Source: Lingula anatina (lineage: Eukaryota > Animalia > Brachiopoda). From it: a DNA stretch of 64,000 bases. A model generated the notes under the pieces. It worked only from the letters and a program-made list of their open reading frames with translations. It was not told the origin of the DNA and ran no database searches. Both the position numbers and the translations under genes were made by a program. Positions 51,298 to 62,220 of the stretch are shown one piece after another (within the stretch, counting starts at the first letter, position 1; each line of letters opens with the position of its first letter). Where the stretch lies: NCBI GenBank assembly GCA_051362555.1, contig CM120647.1:5766001-5830000 (forward strand), read 5' to 3'.

Positions 51298-53199
51298 TCA
51301 TAACTGGAAAACTTTAATCCCACCTCTCTCTTCCCCGACAACCAGTTGTCCAAAACGATTCAGTACTACATCTACAGGAACGCGAATTCCATCTTCTTTG
51401 CTTAAAAGAATCTGCTTGAATTCCCCATCTGGTGACACCAGGTGTAGACGGTAGTTGCCAGGGTCTGTTACAATTATGTCTCCATTATCCAAGCAGCACG
51501 TGCCGCACGGTCTGCCCACCTGTCCATCCCCAGCACCCTGGGTACCATATCTATATTTGAGCTGGAGAGTGGAATCGTAGACACGGATGTGATGAGATGC
51601 TGGATCTGAGACTATGGCACCATCATTCACGTCACAGTGGATGTGTTTGGTATATTTACCCCCTGGGTCTGGTGCTGTCTGCAGGACCTTGCCATTCTTG
51701 TGGTGCACAGTCAGGGTATTGAAACCGGCTACAACGTAATGACCCTTGCTGTTGACCGCTACTGCATGTGGTGACTTACTGTGGAATGATCTGACTTGGT
51801 CCCCTGTCTTGGTGTAGACAATGATTTCATTTGATCCCTGACATCTAGTGACGATGTTACCGTCATCATCAATGGCAATCCCGGCAAAGGAGTCCTTTTC
51901 TGCTGCTCTTGGGTTAGGAATCTTGTCTTGTAGAACAAAGTTGTTATCGTAGATATTGATCCTGTTTCGTGCCTTATCCTTACAAAAAATACTAATGAGG
52001 ATGTCGCAATTCGCATCAGTGGTCAAGCGACTGATCACTTCCTCGGGACACTTGCTCAGTTCTTCTTTGAATGATGTCACCAATCTTCCACTGGCAGCGG
52101 GAACCACCTCTCCAAGGCAACTGTTGATATTGGTAACGCACTCCTCCATGTCTTTGGTGATAAGCTGGAGCCTGGTCATGGCTGCAGGCAGGGTCGGGAT
52201 GTCGATAGTCTGAACGCTCTCGACGCTTCGCTCGCAGACAGAGGTCATTTGCAGAACATCCATATCGTTCCCGTGGTTTATGAGCTTTCTCGAGAAGTCT
52301 ACAATGTCGTCCAGTCGGTTTTGGTTGGCGGTTGCAGTTTCAATTAATTCATTTAAAGTATCTAATTTAGCATTCGATTTGGTGTCTATTTCTTTCAGAA
52401 GATTATCGGCACGTTGACTGGCCAGCTGAATTATTAGCTTTAACTGCTTCTTAACTTGAGACTTTGCTGTCTTTCTTCCTTCTTCTACTGATGCTTTCTG
52501 GTCTTCAGCAGCGGTTTTGAACTGATCGAAGAGAAGACTTTTCTTCTCGATGGGCTTCACGTGGAATTTTAGTTTTTCCTTGCGTTTGTCAGCAGCAATG
52601 TTGATTCTTAGGCAATTGTGCCCCTGGTGTTCTAAAACCATACAACCAACGCAGATGAACTTTTTACACACTGGACAGAAGATTTCTACGGGGTCCTTGT
52701 TGTTGTGGTCACAAAGGGTGTTTTGTCGGGCACGCAGCTCTATCACGTATTCGTCACTGTCAAACTGGTCGACAGGAAACAATTTGTGGCCACGATTTAA
52801 CTTATGAAGCAGATGGTCTGAAGAACAATCTCCACACATACTTTCCTTGCAGTCCAAACAACGTTTTGTTGCCGTGGGTGGATTGCGGACATTTTTCAGA
52901 CAACACACTTGGCATTTCTTAGCAGCCTTGGCTTTTTCTACTTGATTAAGTGTGTGTGATATGCTGACCAGAAGATGATTTGTTTGTAAACCACTAACAC
53001 CGCCCCCGGGGAGGACACATTGACCCCTACAGATAGGACAAGGGAAGTCAGGCTGACCTTTGAAGTTTTTGTCCAAATGGTCTTGGAGGCAATGCTGGCA
53101 AAACGTATGTGCACAGCCGAGGACCTTGGGGACTTTGTATTTTTCAAGGCATATGCTGCACGTTAGGAAATCTTCCGCTAGGATCTTCGACAGAGACAT
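51298..53199 (-). CDS. TRIM-NHL protein copy 4, 633 aa (recent duplicate of copy 2)
   Basis: Intact ORF; C-terminal NHL region almost identical to copy 2. Confidence 0.94.
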   Translation of the reverse strand: MSLSKILAEDFLTCSICLEKYKVPKVLGCAHTFCQHCLQDHLDKNFKGQPDFPCPICRGQCVLPGGGVSGLQTNHLLVSISHTLNQVEKAKAAKKCQVCCLKNVRNPPTATKRCLDCKESMCGDCSSDHLLHKLNRGHKLFPVDQFDSDEYVIELRARQNTLCDHNNKDPVEIFCPVCKKFICVGCMVLEHQGHNCLRINIAADKRKEKLKFHVKPIEKKSLLFDQFKTAAEDQKASVEEGRKTAKSQVKKQLKLIIQLASQRADNLLKEIDTKSNAKLDTLNELIETATANQNRLDDIVDFSRKLINHGNDMDVLQMTSVCERSVESVQTIDIPTLPAAMTRLQLITKDMEECVTNINSCLGEVVPAASGRLVTSFKEELSKCPEEVISRLTTDANCDILISIFCKDKARNRINIYDNNFVLQDKIPNPRAAEKDSFAGIAIDDDGNIVTRCQGSNEIIVYTKTGDQVRSFHSKSPHAVAVNSKGHYVVAGFNTLTVHHKNGKVLQTAPDPGGKYTKHIHCDVNDGAIVSDPASHHIRVYDSTLQLKYRYGTQGAGDGQVGRPCGTCCLDNGDIIVTDPGNYRLHLVSPDGEFKQILLSKEDGIRVPVDVVLNRFGQLVVGEERGGIKVFQL

Positions 53200-54485
53200 G
53201 TCTTATAGCTCCAACACCTTAATGTAAAAAAAGAAAGACATCCAATAATTGTTGAAGGTTTGGACATAAATCTATACCATTAAGCTTTATCTAAATACAT
53301 GCAGTGCAAGAAATGCGACTAAATGTTTTAATGAAATAAGAAGTCCTTACATTTGAAAAAATTCAACTTTTTCATTACGTGTGGAGGACCCCGTGAGGGC
53401 GGTTGTAAGAAATTAATGAAACATAGATAAGAGTGGAAAATTTGGTGTGCGGAATATCAATGCAGCACCTCTAGAATTTCATTTTATGGAATTACTAAAA
53501 AGAGGGAGAGAGAGAGTTGCCATATTACTTTTCATCGCCCAGATAATGAGTGCTGTAAGGTGTATAAGCAAAACAGAATATAGGACAAACATAAATCTAA
53601 GTTAATAACATGAAAATGGATAGAATGGCGGAAGTGAAATTTATGCTCTACAAAAAACTCATTTAATTGAATATAATTTAAACTTTAGAAAGTGAATTAT
53701 GACATTTATAAAAGTCGAGAATGGGATTAAACTTCTGACAAATTAGAGGTAACCAAAATATTACAGGGTAGGTATATGACGAGTGAATGCTGCAATCCGA
53801 ACTCTGTGCCAAAAGTCATTTTAAGTGCCCTATAAAGACACAAACTGCAGCTAACACCAACCAAGGTCATTTTCAGACACATAACATTCCCAATATAATA
53901 TATTACGATATATTAAGAGTCAAATTTACCTGTACTTTCACCAGTTATACATGTATTTCTCTTCGTGACAGGTACACGTCCCCAGTCGCCATTTAGGTGT
54001 GTTGTCTCTCTTGACACGTACACCTGGTCAGGTGAGGTGTTCAATGTTCAAGGAGACGTTAGAGACAATGTAATCAGCAATATGACACTTAATATTTGTA
54101 CAATACAGACATGGTTACATATTTTATCACTGTTATCTGACTGAATTCAATTGTGTGCACTGATACAACTGTCCTAGTAGCAGTAATGTATAAAAAAGAT
54201 TTAATACAGCAGGTGACATATAGATATATTACAGTTGCCCGCACTTGGACATTAACCTTTATGTTGTATTGTGAATTTCGATACTTGAGATGATATAATT
54301 GAGATTATTGAAATTTAGCATATATCTTTTGTCTTACCGGTGGCAGTTATGGTGTACACAGACTAATTAATATATTGCTGGTTACATGTATGAATTATAT
54401 GATGAACAATAGGAAGAGTACAGGGACTCGGGATGTCTCAACAACCGCAATCAATGCAGCATCCCCTCCACCGCATTATACCTTA

Positions 54486-55131
54486 TACCCCCGTCACATA
54501 ATAGGTGGAATGAGCATGAATGCCGTTGGAAAGACAATTATTTGTGCGTTACTGGATATTCGAAGAGCATTCTAAAGATTCCGAGTGCATTCCAAATATT
54601 TTTACCCATTCTTGACGCCGGCCGAATGTTTACTCGTGTTAAAAACTTTCGAAGTGCATTCCAAGATGAAAATTATGGAATGGCAATTGAATAGTATTCT
54701 AACTGCACTATGACTGCATTCTAAATATTCTCACAACATTCCGACAGCATTCGAAACATTCTGATCACTTTCGAGGGAGAACCGAAATGGCAAGACACCT
54801 CAAATTCTGCTAGAATGAGCCAGGATGCAACTTGAATGCATCTCGATCCTATTTCAGCGGCATACGAGGAGTATTCTAAATATTCTGACAGCATTATTGA
54901 TATTCCTAGTTTTCCGACTACATTCGAGCTGCATTTGAGAGCTAATACAGCCAAAATGTGCACAAATCATCCAGGCGGATTCAAGCGCATTCTGAGTATT
55001 CCAACAGCATTCTTACAAGAATTTATGTAAATTTGAAATTTCTTCCCGAATATAGTACGAATTTTAAAATTTAGTCATTCTGGCTGGTTCTGCTTGATTC
55101 CTGCTGATTCCGAATAAGTGTGACGGGGACT
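54486..55131. mobile_element. Duplicated copy of the Harbinger-like element at 40823-41469
   Basis: Same position and TTA flanks; inserted before the segmental duplication. Confidence 0.8.
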
Positions 55132-55232
55132 TTAGTTTGCAGATGATCGTGGTGCATATAGTGTGACTTGTTCCTGACTGAGGTGGAAACGATACTCAAA
55201 CAAAAGCAGCATTTTACTTAGCCCAGAGTGTG

Positions 55233-55688
55233 CAGGGCCGTAGCCTCCGGGGGGGCAAGGGGGGCAGCTGCCCCCCCTGGGATTTGAGGTGCAAAAAAAA
55301 TCGCAAAGGTAAAAAAAAAATAATTGCAAAGTTGGTATCAATTCTGTGAGAAAATGCACTCATGGCCACTGGACAATCATTCAACAATCTGTTTACAAAG
55401 GTGTACTGTTTTTAGCCAACTCAGTTCATGCCAAAAAGCTCACCCTCCCTTAGGGAGCTATCCCCCAGGCTGAACTTATGGCAAAATGAACCCACAATTT
55501 CTGACTTCTGATTGAGCAATAAATAACAGTTTAAATGCACCAGAATGCAGTATTATAAATACAGTTTTTAAAAATTTTCTACACCGTGGGAGGGGGACAC
55601 ACCCTCCCACACCCTCCCCCCTCGGGGGCTTCGCCCCCTCGTGTCCGCTTACTGCCCCCCCTGGCATTTTGCTCAGGCTACGGCCCTG
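55233..55688. mobile_element. Young MITE, 456 bp, perfect 14-bp TIR CAGGGCCGTAGCCT, 5-bp TSD GTGTG
   Basis: gtgtg|cagggccgtagcct...aggctacggccctg|gtgtg; empty site agagtgtgaatacc at ~41561. Confidence 0.92.
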
Positions 55689-56337
55689 GTGTGAATACCT
55701 AGGTGACGATATATCATTTTTACGAAACCAGTTCTAGAACGTTAAGAGACAGGTTAAGGTTAAACAGAGAGGACAGGGTGTCAACATTTTCAGTAATAGC
55801 AAAGATGCACTTTATGAGCGGTTAGTCGTAAGTTCTGTGGCTGTCTGGGCGATACGCGATAATGAAATTTCTATGATCCAACCGGTAACCTTATGTTTAA
55901 AACCATATGTTGCGTTAGTTATTTTCCAATAAATAAATAAATAAATAAATTAATTAATTAATTAAAATTAAAATTAAAATAATAAATAAAAATGAATGAA
56001 ATAAAAACATAACAAATGGAAACAAACTGCAGTAAAATTCTACTTACGAGAAGCGGATAACGACCGAGACTTAATTGTCGGGTTTACAAAATGTTCGCGA
56101 TCACATGGTTGGTGAAAGTGTCACACTCCGATGCGAAGGTTCTATATCAAGTATGCATATAACCAGGAAGAAATCGTTAACGGTTAAAATGACAAGAAGT
56201 GTTAAGAAGCACAACACGTGTTCACATGAATTCCGATAACCATATCAACTTCTTTTTTTCTTTTAAGAGTAATGAATGGCAGTGCAGTTACACAAGTAAA
56301 ATACTGCAGTAATACTGTCTTCATAAATATCCATTAC

Positions 56338-56430
56338 CTGTTTGTGTGTGTTCTACATCTACCCCACTTGTTATTTTATTCGTAACTACTAACTACTTAG
56401 TAACTAGCAAGTTAAATCTTCCTTTTATAC
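56338..56430 (-). promoter_or_regulatory. Putative TATA promoter and non-coding first exon of TRIM copy 4
   Basis: Near-identical to 42193-42285. Confidence 0.55.
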
Positions 56431-57084
56431 AATCAAGACCGATAGTGGACTTAACACTGTGCCACGACAAATGTGATAGCCCAACGCACAAAATGCATTC
56501 TTAAATCCTTTCTTAAAAACAAAAACTTTAAGAAAAGTATTTCGCGACGCTTGATCATTTCAAAAATAGGGGTGCCTTCCCTAGCTCTTTTATCAAAACA
56601 ATTTTCTTTCTAAAATTAATCACAACTAACAATGCAGAAAAATTCAAATCAGAATTGGAAATTATAACGCAGCAGGGTTTTGAAAGCATTTTCACTATCG
56701 ACAGTACATCCACACTATTTTCTATTTAGTAACTCGCCTCAGTAACTCTGATCCTTTAAGTTCTGATTCTCCCCTTCTTTTAAATACGCGACAGGTGTTT
56801 CAAAAAGCTAGCGATACCCGAGCTGCCCACCCGGAAATTGTCCGCTCTGTCGGCGTCTGGAAAATGCGCCGGGGAGGTCGCTTGCCCCAGGACAGAAATC
56901 TGTGCCAGGACAGAAATTCTGCGCATCCAACAGGAACTGTAGTTCTCCAACCAGCTAACCAAAGACGGACTCGGACACAATACCCGCACTTTGAACCTGC
57001 TTCCGGTAGACTTAATTTACACACCGACAAGCCTACAACACTTCCTTAGAATGATTAAGGTAATTGTACAAGAAGAGCATATAT

Positions 57085-58206
57085 CATAATTAATTTTATT
57101 TTCGTATAAAGGCATTTGCCCAGATTACAAATGTAAATGGTTCATATAACGTAACTATTGCGCATGCGGAGAGCTCATGTACGTGCACTATCCGTTGCAA
57201 AAAAGATTCTCTTTTTCTAAAGGCATAATAAACATAATTAATCAGGTAAATCATCAAATCTCTGTCATTGGAAGACATGTCTAAACCTTTGGATATTTGG
57301 TTGACAGGTGTACCTGTTTGGTATATATTTTGTTCTTAAGTCCCTGTACATCTCACATGTTAACAAAAAGTGATATTCGTTTTCTATTTCATCCTTACAT
57401 AGTGTGCATACCGTTGTCATGTCTACCTTTTTCAATCATAAGATTATGGTCCACACCTGAGCCTGGCGAAAGCAGCTAAGTGCGCTTTCAGGAGATTCAA
57501 CAATAAATAATTTTCTTTTTGAAATACAGATTTAAATGTACAATACAAATTTAATTTAGACGAGTTCTGTAACTGGCCGTTCCATTCTTGAATGTAGCAA
57601 TCTTTCATTCTTGTCTTAAAAATTTCTAAAAAATATATCTCATTCTAAACACCCTGATTGTACCATACAAACCCAAAACCATATCTAAAAAGTATTTCTT
57701 TAATTTTAGTCGCCCATGTAATGCGACCAGCCTGATCTAATACCAACATAATCTTGTAGCACGCTTTTGGATATCTGCTTTCTTCCATTCTCAGTAATTT
57801 AAGCCAGAATTTGACACACCGACTGAAGTAAGTTATAAACAATGGGAACCTACCACAGTCTCCCAAGACCGCTATTGTTGAAGTTGTTGATCCCACTCCA
57901 AGAATCCTTTTACAGAAAGCAAGTTGTACCTTTTCTATATTGTCATACACTTGGTATCCCCAAACTTCTGCACCGTAAAATAAAATTAGCGCGATCATTT
58001 TATCAAATATCATAAATGCAATATCAGACCTAACCCTCCCAGTGTTATATTCAAGTTTATCAATCATAATCATTGCCTTTCTTGCTTTCAGACTTAAACT
58101 AGTGGTGGCTTTTGTCCAAACGAGCCTTGGCGTTATAGTTAGACCCAGATATTTGTAGTGGGTTACAACTTCAACCGGTTGTCCACCAAAGTACCACATT
58201 TCATAT
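57085..58206 (-). mobile_element. 5'-truncated non-LTR retrotransposon (LINE), ~1.12 kb, 18-bp TSD
   Basis: ORF 57645-58199 has the RT C-terminal YKYLG motif; downstream HNLMIEKGRH motif; TSD TACAAGAAGAGCATATAT at 57067-57084 and 58207-58224; empty site at ~44085. Confidence 0.9.
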
Positions 58207-58671
58207 TACAAGAAGAGCATATATACAGAAATTAAACAAATAATTAATTCTCCCCAGCAACCGTAAAATATACTTCGAGTTCTGATTGAATATGAGTACC
58301 GCACATGACAAACCCCAAAAATAATATCAGTAAACAATGTGAACATTTTCATATTTCACAATACTTCAATTAAACTTTTATCTTGGAATCTCAGTTATCA
58401 AAATAATAAATGTATCCTCATCTTTATAAAACTAACAAACCAAATATTGATGTCATCTTTTACTTCAAAGGGACATTCACTGAGGCACTGTTCTGGATAT
58501 ATGCGACAGGAAATGTGCGAAAGCTGTCAAATTTATAAACCCCGTTGCTCTGTCATATATCTTCTTTCGCAAAAATAACAGGTTCGCATTTTTCAGTCAT
58601 TATTTACGAACATGTAAAAATTCCATTTACAAACATGTTGTCGATGTCCATTGTTCGTTTGGTATCATCAG

Positions 58672-60570
58672 TCATAATTCGAAGATTCTGATCTTGCCAC
58701 TCAGTTCCCCAACTACCAGTTGTCCCAGACGATTTATTACGATATCGTTGGGAAAGCAAAGTCCATCTTCTTCTCTTAAAAGAAATTGCTTGAATTTCCC
58801 ATCTGGTGACACCAGGTGTAGACGATTGTTGCAGAGGTCTGTTAGAATTATGTCTCCGTTATCCAAGCAGCATGTGCCACACGGGGTGTTCACCTGTCCG
58901 TCTCCATCACCCTGGGTACCATATCTGTAATTTACCTGGAGATTGGAATTGTATACACGGATGCCATCATCTCCTGTGATAATCACGTCGTCATTCACGT
59001 TACAGTGGATGTATTTCAAATATTCCTCCTCTGGGTCTGGTGTTGTCTGCAAGACCTTGCCATCTTTGTGGTGCACAGTCAGAGTATTAAGACCGGCTAC
59101 AACATAATGACCCTTGCTGTTGATCGCTACTGCTTCTGGTAACTCACTGTGGAATGTTCTGACGTGGTCCCCTGTCTTGGTGAAGACAATGATTTCATTT
59201 GACTCCCGACAATAAGTTACAATGTTACCGTCATCATCAATGACAGACCCACCAAGCACATCCTTTTCTGTTGCTCTTGGATTAGAAATTGTTCCCTGTA
59301 GGACAAAGTTGTTATCGTAGATGTGGATTCTATTCCGTGCCTTCTCCTCATCACACCAAATACCAATAAGGATGTCACCATTTGTATCAGTGGTCACATG
59401 ACTGATCATCTCTTCAGGACAGTCGGCCAAGTCTACTTTGAATGATGTCACCAATCTTCCACTCGTAGCGTGAACCAAGCGTCCAAGGCAACTGTTGATA
59501 TTGGCAACGCACTCCTCCATGTCGTTGGTGAGAAGCTGCATCTGGGTCATGACTGCAGGCAGGGTCGGGATGTCGATAGCCTGAACGCTCTCGATGCTTT
59601 GCTCACAGGCAGAGGCCATTTGCAGGACATCCATAGCGATCCCATGGTTAATGAGCTTTCTCTAGTAGGCTACAACGTCGTCCAGTCGGTTTTGGTTGGC
59701 GGTTGCAGTTGAAATAAAATTATTTAAAATATCTAATTTGGCATTCGACTTGGCGTCTATTTCTTCCAGAATATCATTGGCAAGTTGACGGGCCGTCGTA
59801 ATTACTAGCTCTAACTGCTTCTCAACTTGAGTCTTTGCCTTTTTTCTTCCTTCTTCTACTGACGCTTTCTGGTCTTCAGCAGCGGTCTTGAACTGATCGT
59901 AGAGTAGACCTTTCTTCTGTGTAGATTTTACGCGAAATTCTAGTTTTTCCTTGCGTATGTCAGCAGCAATGTTTATTCTTAGGCAATCGTGACCCTGATG
60001 TTCTAAAACCATGCAGCCGAGGCAGACGAACTTTTTACAAACTGGACAGTAGATTTCTACGGGGTCCTTGTTGTTGTGGTCACAAAGGGTATTTTGTCGG
60101 GCACGCATCTCTTTCACGTATTCGTCACTGTCAAACTGGTCGACAGGAAACAATTTGTGGTCACGACAGACCTTATGAAGCACATGGTCTGAAGAACAAT
60201 CTCCACACATACTTTCCTCGCAGTCCAAACAGCGTTTTGTTGCCGTGGGTGGATTGGGGACATTTTTCAAACAACATATCGCACATTTCTTGGTATCCTT
60301 GGCTTGTTCTACTTGACCAAGTGTGTGAGATATGCTGACCAGAAGATGATTTGTTTGTAAACCACTAACACCGCCCCCAGGGAGCTCACAATGACCCCTG
60401 CAAATAGGACAAGGGAAGACAGGCTGACCTTTGAAGTTTCTGTCCAAATGGTCTTGGAGGCAATGCTGGCAAAACGTATGTGTACAGCCGAGGACCTTGG
60501 GGTCTTCGAACTTTCCAAGGCATATACGGCACGTTAGGAAATTTTCCGTTAGGATCTTGGACAGAGACAT
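58672..60570 (-). pseudogene. TRIM-NHL copy 5 with in-frame TAG at codon 303 (pseudogene or truncated RBCC protein)
   Basis: 1899-nt frame equal in length to copy 3; paralog TTC TCG (FS) is TAC TAG at 59667-59662; the remainder stays in frame. Confidence 0.88.
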
Positions 60571-62020
60571 GTCCTATAGTTCCAACACCTTAATGTAAAG
60601 AAATGAAACACATCGAATAATTGATGAAGTTTTGGTATTAGATGTCAATTTATACCATTAAGTTACATCTAAATACATGCAGTGTAAGATATACGACTAA
60701 TATAACATGCAATGTTTTAATAAAATAAGAACTCTTTACATATGAAAGAAAAGGAGGACCCCGTAAGGGTGATTTTGACAATAAAAATCAGCTAAGAAAG
60801 GAATATCTTGGTGGTGTTGAATAACAACAAGGTACTTCAGGTATTTCATTTTATGGAATTAAGAGAGGGATAGAAAGGTTTGTCACATTACTTTTTAATT
60901 ACCCAGATGATAATGAGTGCAGTAATATTTATACACAAGAAAAAGATGAATATTAAGTCCGGTCGATGGCAGGACACGCGAAACAGAATATAGCACAAAC
61001 ACAAGGCGAAACTAAAAAAATTAAAAAAAAGGAAAGGAAGGCTGAAATGAAATTGAAAGTAAAAAAAAAAAGATAGACAAGTGATTGAATATTATTTAAA
61101 ATGTATAAAGTGAATTGTTAAACAAATGAAAAACGAGAATCTATTTATATCAGCCGTTGTCTCCTCGTCACGTTTGTCTCCTTAACTACAATAATCTGTT
61201 GACAACTGACAGCAGTGAAAAGATAGTGGCCGTAGTTTGAATTTGGTAATAACTGATAAAAGTAAATTTGAAGGCATTTTAGACATCGGCTGTTTTCGTA
61301 AAGCTTCGGCAAGGGTGACAGGTATCGGATATTGTCAGTCACAACAGATTTGATCGTAAAGTTTGCTTGCCGAGTGGTAACGTCTGTGGGTGTAAAGCAC
61401 AGCAGAGTGGGTGCGAATCCCACTCCTCACCGAATTTTTTTATTTAAATATTATTATTATTATTATTGTTATTATTATCAACTACTACTCTTATCATGGT
61501 TCAATGATTAATATGACGGGTATCAGCCGGTTGGTAAAATTTCTGAAAAGCTAGGGGTTACCGAATTATGACGATTGCATTCTGCAATCCAAACTCGGTG
61601 CCAAAAGTCATTTTCAGTGCACTGCAAAGCCACAAACTGCAGCAAACCCCAACCAAGGTCATTCTCAGATACATTACATTCCCAATATAGTATATTACGA
61701 CATATAAGGAGTGAGTTTTACCTGTACTTTCTCCAGTTATATTTCTCTTGGTGGCAGGTACACGCTCCCAGTCGCCATTTAGGTTTTTTGTCTCTCTTGA
61801 CACGTACACCTGGTCAGGTGAGACGTTTAACGTCCAAGGAGATTTTAAAGTCACCTTAATCAGCAATATGGCGCTATCTCTATGTACACAACAGACATGG
61901 TGACACAATTTATCGCCGTTATCTGACTGAAATCAATCGTGTGCACTGATACGACTGACCTGGTAGAAGTAGCGTATAAAATATATTGAAGATAGATATT
62001 TAACAGTGGCCCGCACTGGA

Positions 62021-62220
62021 TCCACAGCTAAATGGCTACTGGCGGCCATCTTGGATTTGGCCTGTTTCCGGTACAAACGGACACTTTTTCAAGCCGGAAA
62101 CAAGCAGAAATGAAAAATTCAGGTTCTAAACTACAAGAATCAATCATAAAACCTTTGCCTGACGGGGGGTGCAGCCAAATCCTTAAATAAGGCCTTTTTT
62201 TCAATTTGGCTCATGGACTA
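62021..62220. mobile_element. Probable MITE remnant in the copy-5 upstream intron
   Basis: Absent from the paralogous positions (~40575, ~54240); ends tccacagctaaat / atttggctcatggacta. Confidence 0.4.

Noticed and set aside
31657-60518. Antisense and alternate-frame ORFs overlapping the TRIM genes
   Set aside because: Shadow ORFs of the coding strand with inconsistent boundaries among paralogs.
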